From positions 24,118,001 through 24,182,000 of the forward strand of contig OX597833.1 in assembly GCA_951406725.2 (NCBI GenBank): a stretch of DNA of 64,000 nt, in the 5' to 3' direction. The DNA comes from Octopus vulgaris (lineage: Eukaryota). Made by a program: the position numbers and the translations under genes. Shown here piece by piece: positions 1-13,992 of this stretch; position 1 is the first letter of the stretch; each line of letters opens with the position of its first letter. Below the pieces are notes generated by a model. It was not told the origin of the DNA and did not search any database. It saw nothing but the letters and a program-made list of their open reading frames with translations.

Positions 1-276
1 TAGCTGTAATTCTTCCATGAGTTCTGCTACTTCATGTGGCAGAGAGTGAAAGAGAAAGAGAGAGACAGAGGGAGAGTGTATGTTTGTGTGTGAGAATGTG
101 TGAGTGTGTCTGTGTGTACGTATATATGGGTGTATGATGTGGTGTGTGTGTGTGTGTGTGTGTAAAATAAACTTACAGATAACAACACTTTTGGTCACAA
201 ACAAAAATAGCAGATTGGTTATTGACATATATATCACAGTATCACAGGATTAACCAGACCATCAGATGCTGTTATA

Positions 277-829
277 TGTGGTCTGATCAATAAGTATCTG
301 GAATGTTGCCATAGTAACGAAGCTAAAGCATGCAGAGTGAAGCTGCTTGGCACAGTGATAATGGACTGAACTGAATTGCAACTAATCTGCACGTCCTCTG
401 ATAACTCACAGATGGTTATTCAATGATTTCCCCTCACAGCTGCATGCACATCTGCAATGTTTTTTCTCATTTCTGCTGGTTGCAGGTCACCCAGAATGTT
501 CGTCAATATTGACATTTTTTCAGCCATCTTGGAAACGTCTAAACCACGTGTGGCTCATATACTCCTCTCCATACACTTCCTACAACTTTGCATAGGTCTC
601 TGTGCAGGTATCGACATGAACAACTTTCTCTGTCATGGTCAATATGATGATCACATGCTACACACCTTCCTTCCAAGCACTGCTGTAAGCAGCAGAAGTG
701 AACTAGAACATCAAAACTTAGTGTGCATGTATAGCAGAGTTAAAGGTCACTCTTGGCCAAGTGGCTTCACTCTGTGTGCTTTAGCTTCATTACTATAGCA
801 ACAGCCGGATACTTATTGATCAGACCTCA
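277..829 (-). mobile_element. Internally deleted mariner-type DNA transposon
   Basis: TIRs TGTGGTCTGATCAATAAGTATC (277) and GATACTTATTGATCAGACCTCA (829), TA flanks; minus-strand remnant WFRRFQDG*KNVNIDEHSG*P resembles the mariner HTH linker. Confidence 0.8.
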
Positions 830-1167
830 TACACTGCTTCTCACAATATGTTTCCAATTCTGTCTTGATTCTGTATTAACCCAAATTGCTTTACAAAATT
901 ATCTTCACATAATCGTGGAGGTTTTCCAAGTGGTGTTTCCTCATGCACACATATACGTATTTAATGGTCAAAACTTCAAATTCTTGTGGTAATGTCCTTA
1001 CTTGTCCAGTCTTTATCTGTCCAGTCTACGATAAAGAAGAACAACTCACATCAACATCTTCCTCTCCATCCAGATATCGAAATTACGGAACTTTACAGAT
1101 CAGAACGAACTGTAAAGAACTCATCTGAAAATATTAGCAAACTTTTACAATACAACATCTACAAATA

Positions 1168-1237
<70 letters not shown>

Positions 1238-1282
1238 TATATTAATATTATATATACACACACACACACTCACACATATATA

Positions 1283-1921
1283 CAGGGGTGTCTTAGTTGT
1301 GTTATAGCCCCCACCTCACTGCTCCCTGGCAAATCAGTGCACTGGGCCATATAGTACTTATTTACTGAGAGCAAGCCACAGTATACATACACTGATCAGA
1401 ATTGGCCTCTTAGCACCATGAACAAGATATCTATGTGACACTGCTAGAGACTGTGGTCAATCCCTGGCTGGAGGGAGTTGCTGCTGGAAGGCCATATATG
1501 TGATAGTAAGATTTAGCTCCTTGCTATACCTCCAGAAAGAGTCAGAAGTGGTTGTTGAAGAATTTCTATGACTTTACCAGGCCCAATTTCTGGCCTCCTA
1601 ATCCCTTCAATTGTAATCCCATGGATTATTATGTGTTGGATACAGTTGAGAAAGAGACACTGACTGCTCTGTCTGAAACTGCAAGGCTGAGCTGGTGGCC
1701 AAGATCAATGAGGTATTCAAATATTTTCCAAGGGACACAGTGAAGAATGCATGCATTAGGTCCAAGAACTGTCTTGAGACCTTTGTGGAAGGTGAGGGTG
1801 GCTACTTTGAGTAAACTGAGTGATCTCTGCCATAATTTAGTTGATAATTTTTGATTTTGGATGGGATGTCATGTTTCCTTTTCTTTTTTTTTAAACTATC
1901 AAATTTAGCTTGAACATCCTG
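1283..1921 (+). mobile_element. Degenerate Tc1/mariner-superfamily transposon fragment
   Basis: Ends TA-CAGGGGTG...CATCCTG-TA; remnant FWPPNPFNCNPMDYYV matches the WPPNSPDLNPMDY motif. Confidence 0.7.
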
Positions 1922-1926
1922 TATAT

Positions 1927-2290
1927 CATCATCATCATCGTTTAACATCTACTTTCCATGCTAGCATGGGTTGGACGATTTGACTGAGGACTGGTGAACC
2001 AGATGGCTGCACCTGGCTCCAATCTTGATCTGGCAGAGTTTCTACAGCTGGATGCTCTTCCTAATGCCAATCACCCTGAGAGTTTAGTGGGTGCTTTTAT
2101 GTGCCACCAGCACGAGGGCCAGTCAGGTGGTACTGGCAATGGCCATGCTCAAATGGTGTTTTTTTTTACGTGCCACCTGCACAGGACCTTGCTTGAATGT
2201 TACTTTGTTGGGTAATTTATTGAGTGTTAAAGAAAGGCTAAGGAAGTCCAGCAGCACTGGCAACGACCTCGCTTGAATGTTTTTTCACAT
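1927..2290 (-). mobile_element. SINE or LINE 3' end with RTE-type tail (CCAACCCATGCTAGCATGGAAA...(GAT)n)
   Basis: Same tail recurs at 11682-11830 (+), 12440-12548 (-), 13290-13450 (-) and 62510-62655 (+). Confidence 0.7.
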
Positions 2291-4362
2291 GCCATCTATA
2301 TAAATGTATGTGTGTGTGTTTGAGTCTGTGTTGGAGCCCCACCTCTATTTGACTACTGGTATTAATTTGTTTACATCCTTGTAACTTAGAGGTTTGGCAA
2401 AAGAGACGTAAAACTGTGAGCACTGCAGTCAATTTGTTCAAGGTAATGCTGCGGCTTGGCTGTACTGAAACAAGTATAAAATAAAAGAAATAAAGGTGGT
2501 TGGTTGTGAGCTGAGTGAGACTTAGCTGTTATTTCTAGCAGATTAAAGAACCATGTAGAAGTTGGCCTATCCACTGGTTTTGGACTGATGTAGTTTTTGT
2601 TGTTGTTGTTGTTGATGATGATGTATAGTCCCAATTCCACTACAACCAAGTAAATTTACATCAAATGTCACATTGTAGCCATACACACCTCAAGTTTTTT
2701 TAAGGATATCTCAGTCAACATTATCTTATGTGCCTCGCCTTTTTAAGATGACTATGTAATTTGAGAGGGATTTGACTGCTATTTTTTATTGCAGGTCACA
2801 GGAGCTGCATAGATCTCCCTCCCCACCCACACACTGCCTTGTAATTGGTTGGTTAGTTGTGTGAATATATTATTATTGTTATTTGCTGTTGTTATTTAAC
2901 CATAGATCAGCCTTGTTCAAGCACATTTTTCATTAAAGTCATCCCAGCCATAATTTGTCTCAAACCTATTATAGATCCTTCTACCAGCCAGCACTTAATG
3001 CCCTTTTCATGACATTTAAGTGACTCAGAATACAAGACTCCTCCCTGAACAGAATGCTGATCTATCACAGAGACAACCACCCTACCCTACCCCAGCTGTT
3101 GTTGGCACTCATTTTTATTTGAATAAACTGAAATAATGTGAAGTAAAGTGACCTGCTTAAGTACCCAACACATGGGCCTGTCTGAGGAGCCAACACTGAA
3201 ACTACTATGCCATATGCCTTCACATTCCAGCTATGAGCAAACAAGATTTATTTTCTAGCATAATGTATCTAGGACTACATTATTCAATATATCCTTTTTT
3301 TAGATAGTAAGCCATAGAGTTTGACATCAGAAGTAGGTCATTCACCGACACCCCATAGACCTAGGGCAGATGAGGCCTTTCATTCAGCTCTTTTGTTGCT
3401 CATCTCCATTCAAATTCTTTTTGCCCCAGATTGATACAAGTTTAAAGGACAGACAGTGGAACTTACAGTACAAACCATGCCCACTATAAAATAAATCACT
3501 GTTACTTTGTGGGGTAATTTACTGAGTGTTAAAGAAAGGCTAAGAAAGTAAACCCAAACAGAAAATACAGAGAGGGAAACCCTAAGGCAGATATGTATGA
3601 TTATACTTAACCATTATCTGGCATCCCTTGCAGCTCCATGGATGCTGCAAATGTATTGACTTGTCTTTCCCTTGTGGTGTATCCATGACTGGAGAGGTCA
3701 TGGTAAGTGTACTTGGGATTAGTCATTTGCTTCTAGAAACAGTCCAAACAGAGCAGAGGTGGTTAAGTTACTGTCTCTGCAATTATGAAAAAGGTCAACC
3801 AAGGTTGGTAACAATGGCTTATGTATTGTTTGTGTTTGCTGTTATTGTTGTCACTGTTTAGCCCTCAGATAACAACTCTAATAGAATAAGTCTGTAATGA
3901 AAGGCATTCCAGTCTTCACTCTCCAGTCATTTTAGGAGTACAAAAGACTGCATGATTTAGTGTGTCCTTTCTTTATTTAAGACAGTGTGATATAATTGAA
4001 GAGAGAGTTGGCTGCTATATCTAGCATGTTGAGTTTTAGCAAGAAGGCCCCATCACTGGTGCATTCAATAATTCCTTTGGGGTCTGGTTTCCTTTTGGTA
4101 TGTTTGTGATTTTGCCAGTCTCTAAGGCTTCTGAAATTTTGAATTTCTTTTTGCTTTTCTGAAGTCAGATCAAAGGAAATGATCAAGTTATCGTGGGAAG
4201 GAATCCTTTGATAATGGCCAAAATAGGTCACCTGCCTATGAAAACTCTAAAAAGGAAAAACAAAAATAAAGAGATAAAAGGGTTTTTTTGTCCTTAAGAT
4301 CAAAACAGTAGTTTAATATAACCTATGACTTTGTAAAATTAAAGATTTATTATTTTTCTCAG

Positions 4363-4515
4363 TTTGGCTAAGTGGTAAGAAGCTTACTTCCCACCATGTG
4401 GTTCCGAGTTCAGTCCCACTGCATGTTCACTTGGGCAAGTGTCTTCCACTATAGCCTTAGGCTGACCAAAGCCTTGTTGTGAGTGGATTTGGTGGATGGA
4501 AACTGAAAGGAACCT

Positions 4516-4577
<62 letters not shown>

Positions 4578-4835
4578 TATGTTTATGTGTATGTGTATGT
4601 GTCTTTATGTTTGGGTTTGCCCCACCACCACCACCATCACTATTGGTTGACAACTAATGTTGGTGTGTTTACATCCCCATAACTTAGCGGTTCAGCAAAA
4701 GAGACTGATTGAATAAGTACTAGGGTTACAAACAATAAGTCCTGGGGACAATTTATTTGACTTTAAAAAAAAACCTTTAAGGCAGTGCTCCAGCATGGCT
4801 GCAGTCAAATGGCTGAAACAAGTAAAAGAATAAAA
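4363..4835 (+). mobile_element. tRNA-derived SINE, family A (internal (TA)n/(TG)n)
   Basis: Pol III A-box TGGCTAAGTGG and B-box GAGTTCAGTCCC; body and 3' end CAGTCAAATGRCTGAAACAAGTAAAAGA shared with many copies in the window. Confidence 0.85.
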
Positions 4836-5520
4836 AAATAAAAGAACAAAATAAAACTTAATTATTAGCAACAAAGGCAGTATTAGTACCAAAAGGTAAT
4901 CTCTATTTAACATGAATGCCTTGTTTGAATACTGTGCATAAAAGTGCACATAAATTTCAGCAGATGATAACCGTCTGTCATGGGAACCAGAACTCACATA
5001 TCATATGATTTCAGTCTAAATGCAGTTTAGTTGTGTTGCCGTTGTCTGTGTTGTTTTTATATCAGCATGTGTTGTATACATTCAGTTTCCATCCAATGAC
5101 GATGCTTTGGAATATGTTATGATGCTTTACATTGTGTGTGCGTGTGTGTGTGTGTGTGTATGTTGTAGTAGAATTCTTGATGCAGTTAATAGTGCTATGT
5201 ATACAGTTTCTGCATTGATGTGTTTTGCATTGCTGCTTTTTATCTTGAATACTTGTAATGCATATTTTTCTGAACAAACAAGACATGTCCCACAAAAAAA
5301 CAGCCTTTATCTTTTAAACACGAAGTTGGGGTTTAAGTTACTGACAAATAGCATTTTAAGAAAGTATCTGTCAAAATTAAAATGTGACTTTTAAGCACAT
5401 ATGTACATACATACATATATACATACATATATATATACACACACACATATATATATACACACACATATATATATACACACGCACACACACACACATATAT
5501 CTATATACACATATATATAA

Positions 5521-5660
5521 AATTAGTCAAGGGACATACTAAGTATGTTTACCTGCTGGAAATAACAGTCAAAACTCTTATTTAAATCTTCAATTTAGAT
5601 AAGAGTTTTGACTGTTATTTCCAGCAGGTAGACATACTTTGTATGTCCTTTGATTAATTT
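5521..5660. repeat. Near-perfect hairpin (about 65-bp arms) next to a (TA/CA)n tract
   Basis: ACCTGCTGGAAATAACAGTCAAAACTCTTAT ... ATAAGAGTTTTGACTGTTATTTCCAGCAGGT. Confidence 0.85.
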
Positions 5661-5849
5661 TAATCCTTTAGCTATTTATTGCTTTTTGGGGGCCTGCAAT
5701 CACCTATATTATTGATTCTGTTATTATCATTTTAAAATTGTTACACTAGATAATAACAGAGTCAATGATATCTTTGCAAATTATTTTTTCATGAATTATT
5801 TGCTCTGTATATATCTAACCAAGGGAGTAACAGAAAAGAAGTTTGCCTA

Positions 5850-7850
5850 TGTTCAGCAACATGAAGAACTGAAGCATTTCGGGTTGCAAGACAGTGTGTG
5901 AGAGAAAATTGTAATGTCATAAGAGAGAGATGTGTCCATGTGGATGATGGTGCACTTGCTTTTAATGATTCTGCAAAGAAAGAGGCTTGCAGATACCATT
6001 ATGAATGATTGCTGAATGTGGAGAATGAATGGGAGGAGGAGGGTCTGCCAAATGTTGACCCAATTGAAGGACCAGCTACCCAAATCGACAGTCCTTAGTA
6101 GATAATGCGATTATGGATATGAATACAAGGAAAGCCCTCGGCCCATCAAGGATCACTGCCGAGATATTTAAAATATCTGGTAGTGTGGGTTATGGTCTAG
6201 TCACCTGTATTGTAAATCAGGTGGTTCATGAAGGATGACTGGTGTAGCAGCACTATAGTCAACTGCTGCAAAGGTAAAGGTGATGTCTAAGATAGAAATA
6301 ATTACAGAGGTATCAAATTGTTGGATGAGGTAATGAAAATTACAGAGAGAGTCATAGCCCAACTAATTAGGAAGAGAGCTTAAATGAGATGCAGTTGATT
6401 TGTGCTGGGGAGAAATACCACTGATTCTATATTTCTGATAAGGTAGCTGCAGGAGAAATACATAGCTAAAGATAAACCTCTGTACTTGGCCTTTGTTGAT
6501 TTGGAGAAAGCCTTTGACAGGGTCCCCCGATCCCTTATCTAGTGGTCAAACTAGTGATAGATGAGCAGGTAATGAGAGCTGTACAAGCTATGTACAGGAA
6601 TACTACCAGTAAGGTGAGGGTTGGCAATGAGTATAGCAAAGAATTCAGAGTACAAGTTTACCAGGGATCAGTGCTCAGTCCCCCCCCTCTTGTTCATCAT
6701 AATACTCCAGGCAACAACAGAGGAATTTAAGACAGGCTGCCCTTGAGAGCTCCTCTACACTGATGACCTTGCTCTTATTGCTGAATTACTACCTGAACTA
6801 GAGAAGTTCCAGGTATGGAAAGATGGGCCTTAGAGTTAACCTAGCAAAAACCAAAGTCTTAGTATGTAGGAAGGCAGAGAAATCCCTTCAGATAGAAAAG
6901 GCATAGGTAGAAACTCTATAAGATGCACCTGATGAAACCTTTGGGTACACAAAAAGGTGCTGCAAAATCAGAGGAAGGTTAACAAGGAAACTAGCATTTG
7001 TATGTGGAAGATGCACAGGTACAATAAATGCTGAAAATGAGCAGAAAGCAGACTCCATCATCTGCCAAGGGGCAAGCTACAGTTAGTAGATAGCTTCTGT
7101 TTTCTAGGTGACCAAGTTAGTAGTGGAGGTGACTGCTCCAAGAGCATAGCTGTGAGAATAAGATTAGGCTGGACAAAGTTCAGAGAGCTCCTACCTCTGC
7201 TGGCAACAAAGAGCCTCTCTCTCAAAGTAAAAGGCAGATTGTATGATGCCTGTGTGTTAACAGCTATGCTACATGGCAGTGAAACATGGGCTGTGACAGC
7301 TGAGGACATGAGTAGGCTTGAAAGAAATGAAGCCAGTATGCTTCACTGGATGTGCAATGTCAGTGTGCATGTTCGACAGAGTGTAAGCACCGTGAGAGAA
7401 AAGTTAGGCATAAGAGGCATCAGATGTGTGCAAGAGAGACCATTACACTGGTATGGTCATGTGATGCATATGGACAAGGACAGCTGTGTTAAGAGGTGCC
7501 GATCTCTAACTGTTGAGGGAACCTGTGGTAGAGGTAGACCCAGATCTTCAAACATTGAGTCTCACAGAGGCAATGATTAGTGAGTGAGACCTTTGGCATC
7601 GCTGTGCTTGAGAAGACCCATCAAGCCAAATGAAATTGTAGTCATGGCTGATGCTGGTGTCACATAACTGGCACCTGTGCCTTTTGGTATGTAAAGAACA
7701 TATTTCAAGTGTTGGGCCTCATGGAGGCAAACTGACTGAGTTCCTTTTGAGTGTTGGCATTCACAGGCAATGACTGAGACCTTTAGTATTATGTTGTGCT
7801 TGAGAAGAAAACTCATCAGGTCAAGCAAAATCACAGTTGTGGAAGATATT
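5850..7850 (+). mobile_element. 5'-truncated, decayed RTE-clade LINE (RT pseudogene plus 3' UTR)
   Basis: Remnants KGKGDV*DRNNYRGIKLL, LYLAFVDLEKAFDRVPR, YQGSVLSP, LLYTDDLAL; ORF 7152-7580 (RIRLGWTKFREL...MLHGSETW...WYGHVMHM...RGRGRP) is the typical RTE C-terminus. Confidence 0.9.
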
Positions 7851-8185
7851 CAGTCCCACTCCATAGTACATTAGGTGTCTTCCACTGTAGCCTCAGGCTG
7901 ACCAAATCCTTGTGAGTGAATTTAGTAGATGGAAACTGAAAGAAGCTAGTCACACACACACACACACATTTATGTGTGTGTGTCTTTGTTTCCCCACCAT
8001 CCCTTAACCAATGTTGGCGTGTTTATGTTCCTTTAACTTGCATTCAACTAAAGAGACCAATAGAATAAGTACTAGGCTTACAAAGAATAAGTCCTGGAGG
8101 CGATTTCTTTGACTAAAAACCCCCGTTTAACGTGGTGCACCAGCATGGCTGCAGTCAAGTGACTGAAACAAGTCAAAATAAAGCA
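7850..8185 (+). mobile_element. SINE family A, 5'-truncated
   Basis: Shares the family A body and 3' end. Confidence 0.75.
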
Positions 8186-8289
8186 AAAACAAATAAAAGA
8201 CCCGGGGGGGGGGGGGCTAAGCAACAATAAAAACAATAGACAAGAAAACTATTCCCACACCTTCCCAACATGTACATTCCCTTCCCATC

Positions 8290-8960
8290 AACAACAGACA
8301 ACAACAACAACAACAGCAACAGGACAGTCTTAAACCATTTAACAAGTTTCAAATGAACGAGGAAACAGACAGAATTTCACCTCCACCCTACACCCATCCG
8401 AAAATCAGAATTAACCTTTACAAAAAAACGTTCCTACTCCAACACTACTACCACCACATGAACAACAGCTGCAACCACCAACACCAACATTATACTACCA
8501 CTAACATCATAATCTTTACCACCACCACTACCGCTGCAGCATTAATTACCACGAACTATCTTTATCACTACCATCAAGGATATTTGTGATCATAATCATG
8601 ACTATTACTACCAATAATACAACCATCACCACCACCACCAACAACAACAACAACTACAACAGGAACATCACTACCAGAGGCATAACCTGTATAATAGCCA
8701 TCTCTCTACCAACAACTGCTTACCATCAAAACACACAACCATGAGTAACACCACTACCATTATTAGCCCCATCTCCACTATCAGGATCACTGCTATGACC
8801 ACAACCATTACCATCACTGCTGCCGCCACCACTACCACCATCACAACCACAGGTGCCACCAGAGTCTCCACCAACACAACTACCACTGTCACCACTGCCA
8901 CCGCCACCATAACCTCTACAAACACAACCATCTCAGCACAATCATCTACCCTCCCGGGCC
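8290..8960. repeat. Degenerate (CAA/CAC/ACC)n low-complexity tract
   Basis: Thr/Val-rich pseudo-ORFs arise from the trinucleotide repeats. Confidence 0.75.
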
Positions 8961-9398
8961 ACAACTCTCAGTATTGCACACACAGAACAGGAGAAAAAAT
9001 GTCAAAAGCTTAACTAAAGGAATGACAAGGCTAAAAAGTAGGTTAACCATGGAAGAAAGGAAAAAATGCCTTGTCTGTTATATATATATTTAATGTTATA
9101 TTTAGGCAGGTCTCTTTTGAAAATGCTAATAGAATTTTCATTAACAGATTAGTATTATTAATATCTGTAATAACACTTATTTTTTTCTGAAATTAGTATT
9201 ATTATTAATGCTATCCAAATGGCTTTGTTTATGTACTGTGTCAGACTGTATTTATCATCATGTTGTGTATTTGATACTTTTCCACCCAGACACTGCTAGT
9301 AATAAATAGATGTTTTCAACTTCTGTCTGTATTTCCCACCCATTGACTCCCTATATACATGTGCGTGCCCACGCATGTGTGAGCCAATGCTTGCTTAT

Positions 9399-9524
9399 AG
9401 GTGCGGGCATGGCTGTGTGGTTCTGTCCCACTTGGGCAAGTGTCTTCTACTACCGGCTCAAGCAGACCAAAGTCTTGTGAGTGGATTTGGCAGGCAGAAA
9501 CGGAAAGAAGCCCACCATATATGT

Positions 9525-9586
<62 letters not shown>

Positions 9587-9725
9587 CTATCTTTGTCCCA
9601 CCACCACCTCCACTTGACAACTGGTGTTGGTGTGTTTACAACCCCGTAACTTAGCAGTTCAGCAAAAGAGATCGATGAAATAAATTCCAGTGTTAAAAAA
9701 AGAAATACTGGGGTTGATTTGTCAT
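9399..9725 (+). mobile_element. SINE family A
   Basis: GGTGCGGGCATGGCTGTGTGG head, internal (TA)n(TG)n, family body. Confidence 0.8.
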
Positions 9726-9736
9726 TTAATAAAAGA

Positions 9737-9955
9737 AGGCAGCGAGCTGGCAGAAACGTTAGCACTCCAGGCGAAATACTTAGTGCTATTTCACCTGTCT
9801 TTACATCCTGAGTTCAAATTCTGCTGATGTTGACTTTGCTTTTCATCCTTTTGGAGTCGATAAATTAAATACCAGATGTGTATTGGGGTTGATCTAATCA
9901 ACTGGCTCTCTCCTCAAAAATTCTGGGCATTGTGCCTAGCGTGGAAAAGAATAAA
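9737..9955 (+). mobile_element. tRNA-derived SINE, family B
   Basis: AGGCAGCGAGCTGGCAGAAACGTTAGCAC head, B-box GAGTTCAAATTC, conserved CTTTCATCCTTTyGGrGTCGATAAATTAArTACCAG domain. Confidence 0.8.
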
Positions 9956-10777
9956 AGAACTGGCTTATTTGTCTGCAGATAAAAGGACAGTCATGGACAT
10001 GTTTTGGTTTAGTAACTTTTGTCAGGACGACAAATTTCTGACCTTATCTCCAGTAGCAGAGAGATTTAGCCCCATTTGAGTAGAACACATTTATGGCCTT
10101 TGTGTGTGTGAGTGGTTTTTGTCGGCTAAATTCTATTCATATTGGTCAATGTGAAAGCTGTAGTTGAAGACATGTCCAAGTTGCCACACAGATTGAAAGA
10201 GAAGCAACTGAGATGCAAATTGTTCTTCTTAATTAACTGTTGAAGCATGATTGTAGAAATATGCATATACATTCACACACACATTCACACAAATTTTCAA
10301 AAAAAAATTTTTATAAACTAGAAATACCAGAGAGTCAAGACTATTGAAAAGGTTGCAAGATGCAACGAAAATTTTAGGAAAAAAAAAAAAGAAATAGGTG
10401 GAAATTTTACTGATGATTATGTTAAATTATAAGGCACAAAAAGGAAATGACTCTCCCCAGACACAATAGAAATACCAGATTTCATGGAGAAAGGGCAAAA
10501 GAAAATGGCATAGATTCTCCAATCCAATCTATTAGTGGCACAGTGAAAATTTGTAAGACATTCCCAAAATTCTTCATCTGAGCTTCTTTTGTGAATAGAT
10601 GCACACACTTGGGTTTATGCATCAACATTTCAACTAACACACCAGCTAAACCAGGTATTTACAAACACTGGGAACTCTCTTGACTTAAAAAGTCATGTCA
10701 CTTTGTTAGTGACCAGCTTGAACTCTCTCAAAAGCTTGCATAAAGTTCAAAAAATCATACATACATTCATACATACT

Positions 10778-11010
10778 TATTTCTTTACTACCCACAAAGG
10801 GCTAAACACAGAGAGGACAGACAAGGACAGACAAACGGATTAAGTCGATTATATCGACCCCAGTGCATAACTGGTACTTATTTAATCGACCCTGAAAGGA
10901 TGAAAGGCAAAGTCGACCTCGGTGGAATTTGAACTCAGAACGTAACAGCAGACGAAATACGGCTATGCATTTCGCCCGGTGTGCTAATGTTTCTGCCAGC
11001 TTGCCGCCTT
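10778..11010 (-). mobile_element. SINE family B, full-length with Tx1-like 3' tail
   Basis: Reverse complement of the family B consensus, ending TGTGGGTAGTAAAGAAAT. Confidence 0.85.
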
Positions 11011-11057
11011 AAATACATTTATACATACTGACAGACAGACATGGTGATTGCACCATC

Positions 11058-11110
11058 ATCACAGATGATTACCATCACAGATGATTACCATCACAGATGA
11101 TTACCATCAC
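11058..11110. repeat. 16-bp minisatellite (ATCACAGATGATTACC), about 3.3 copies
   Basis: Direct inspection. Confidence 0.85.
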
Positions 11111-11842
11111 TTTGTGCTGCCTTGTTGTCAATAGCACTTCTGACTTTCCATCCATGACCTCTCAGATGACTATTCAGTCCTGCTGCAGATCTGCATGATT
11201 TGAAGCATGGGTGACAGACCAAAGTTTATAACTTGCTGTACACCTCCAGCTGGTTAGGTCTGCACATGTTGCCGCTCTTCCCATGCCATAGTACTTTCAG
11301 TGGAGGAAACGACAAAGTCTGCATAAAGAGACAGCTATACATCATTACATGATAGTGATAAATGCTTGTACAACACAAGTACCATACTCTAAGTCTCTAT
11401 AATTAATACCTAGTGACAGGCTGAAATGAGGTGACCAGTAATCACATGAAACTGCAGGCTTTACAAAAGAGTGTCCCTCTCCGAGAAGGATGCTGTGATG
11501 ACTCATGGTGGTTTACATACATTTCTTTTATTTTTTTACATCAGTCATTGGATTATGGCAGTCCTGGGGTACCACCATGAAGGGTTTAGTCAACCAAATC
11601 AACCCTAATATTTTTTTTTAAGGCCGGTACTTATTCTCAATGTCTCGTTTGCCAAATTGCTATGTTACAGGAATATATATATGGCGTTAGGAAGGGCATC
11701 CAGCTGTAGAAACACTGCCAGATCAGATTGGAGCTTGGTGCAGCCTTTTGGCTTCCCAGACCCCGGTCAGACCGTCCAACCCGTGCTAGCACGGAAAACG
11801 GACGTTAAACGATGATGATGATGATGATGATATATATATATA

Positions 11843-11942
11843 TGTAAGAATTTTTTGTGTAATAAGATAAAAAAACCAAGGCTGTATGCTCTAATATCAA
11901 TACAGCCTTGGTTTTTTTATCATATTACGCAAAAAATTCTTA
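11843..11942. repeat. Hairpin of a probable PLE-related 3' terminus flanked by (TA)n
   Basis: AAGAATTTTTTGTGTAATAAGATAAAAAAACCAAGGCTGTA ... TACAGCCTTGGTTTTTTTATCATATTACGCAAAAAATTCTT; ACAGCCTTGG also lies near the end of the HHR element at 32371. Confidence 0.7.
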
Positions 11943-12396
11943 TATACACACGCTGACATAGAACCAACGTTGAACCCTTTATTCACAATATTACCGAATC
12001 TGGAACTTAACTATGGTCTGTCTATAGCACTTATTCAGCATTACTGGACACCTTTGTGTGTCAATGACACCATTATCTCTTATATATACATATGTATGTA
12101 TTTATAGTTATATTTACCTGAGTGACTCATGTTCTGATAGTTGTGTGTTGGCACTTAGGATACTTTGAGTCACTCTGTTACTTCTACTAGGTATTAATAA
12201 AAATACACATATACTCATACACTCATATTTTGAGTTAAGCTCCTTTCAGTTTCTGTCTGCTAAATCCATTCACAATGCTTGGTTGTAGTAGAAGACACTT
12301 GCCAAAGGTGCCGTGCAGTAAGACTAAACTCAGAAGCATGTGACTGAGAAGCAAATTTCTTACCACATAGCCATGCCTATATATATATAGGCATGG

Positions 12397-12442
<46 letters not shown>

Positions 12443-13217
12443 TCATCATCATCATCATTTAACGTCCGCTTTCCATGCTAGCATGGGTTGGACGGTTCAA
12501 CTGGGGTCTGGGGAGCCCGAAGGCTGCACCAGGCCAGTCAGATCTGGTAGATATATATATATATATATATGCATACACCACACATATATAAATATGGCTT
12601 GCAGGACGGCCTGCTGTGCTAACCTTGGATCGTAGGATGACCCGCTGTGCTTGAGGAGACCTACTGAGTCAAGTACATCAACATTTATTTATGGTGTGTG
12701 TGGTTTTGTCAAACAAATTTAACAGTGTATTGATCAATGTGAAGCTGTATTACAGTAGTTCTTTACTAGGCTTCATATGACCCTTGAGGGTCATTATCAA
12801 TCTTGGGAGTCCATTATAAGATTTGGTTGTTAATAATTAGGTGCAATAAATTGGTTATACTACTACAATACACAAAATATTTAAACTAATTGTTTTATAC
12901 AATGCTACACAGTCAGACAGAGAAATGGGATGCAAGCAGACATCAAACTTTGTGTAGGCATTACCAGCATTTTGCATGGTCATTGCTGCTTAATTTTCTG
13001 CATGCACCACTGGGGCAGACTGAGACTATTAAGAGCCCTTGAGCATAACTGTTTACTGGGTCACTTAACATTGATATCAGTAGAGTTAACATGTAGAGTG
13101 CAGGCCCCTCAGAGCTCTGGGCCCTTGGGCAGTGCCTGACTGACCAATAGCTCAGCCCACTCTTGGTGCACCATGTTCTTAATGTTCAGTGATGGTCTAC
13201 CTTGGTGAAGTGTGGAC

Positions 13218-13256
<39 letters not shown>

Positions 13257-13769
13257 TGTGTGCGCGTGCGTGTATGAGTGTAGGTATATCATCATTCATC
13301 ATCATCATTTAATGTCTGCTTTCCATGCTGGCATGGGTTAGACAGTTTGACTGGAACTGGTAAACCAGAGAACTGTATCAAGATTCCAGTCTGATTTGGC
13401 ATGGTTCCTACAGCTGGGTGCCCTTCCTAATACCAACCACTCTGAGAATGTTTCTTACCACTGCAATCTTGCAGAAGAGAACTGTTACAGCTTCATTATG
13501 GCTGTTCATTTATATCCACTCAAATGGATGTGGTCTCTTATTTGTTGTTAGGTTTTCTACTTTGTTTCTCTTGGTTGTTTCTTATCGTCTGTTTCTTGTT
13601 TAACTGTTTTAGTCATTTACTGTCCCTTGTTGGTAACTAAGGTTTACTTTCATTAAATTTGTTTGGTTTGGGTTTTGTTTAGATGCTTGTATTTTTGTGT
13701 TCCTTATTTTTACTTTTGCTTATCTCATCTTGTTATATATTTGTTGAATTCATCTGGTGACCTCTTTAA

Positions 13770-13992
13770 CCCATTTAGTCCCCAGAGTACTTAAATATCT
13801 GAATATTACTTTTAAATTTTTACAAATGATTGAAAATAGGTTAAAATGAAAAAAATAATTATTAAAACTCCTGTACTTCAAGTAGAAATGGAAACACTTG
13901 GTGTCCTATAAATATGACACTGAGACAATGTGATATAGCTTATTTAATGTTCTCATTTAGTGTCCTATTTATAGGACAGTGAATTTAATGGG
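13770..13992. mobile_element. piggyBac-like MITE
   Basis: TTAA-CCCATT...AATGGG-TTAA (TTAA TSD, short TIR). Confidence 0.6.

Noticed and set aside
3977-4240. Minus-strand open frame after a plausible acceptor (SFHRQVTYFGHYQR...)
   Set aside because: No recognisable homology and it runs into repeat-like sequence; cannot be supported as an exon
4363-4440. tRNA genes at SINE heads
   Set aside because: A/B boxes are present but there is no complete cloverleaf; these are multi-copy SINE heads
5020-5394. ORF with a signal-peptide-like segment (MYTVSALMCFALLLFILNTCNA)
   Set aside because: It includes a (TG)n tract and has no clear splice donor or recognisable domain; insufficient support
8671-9013. 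Mucin-like Thr-rich and Val-rich ORFs
   Set aside because: Degenerate trinucleotide repeat with no gene context
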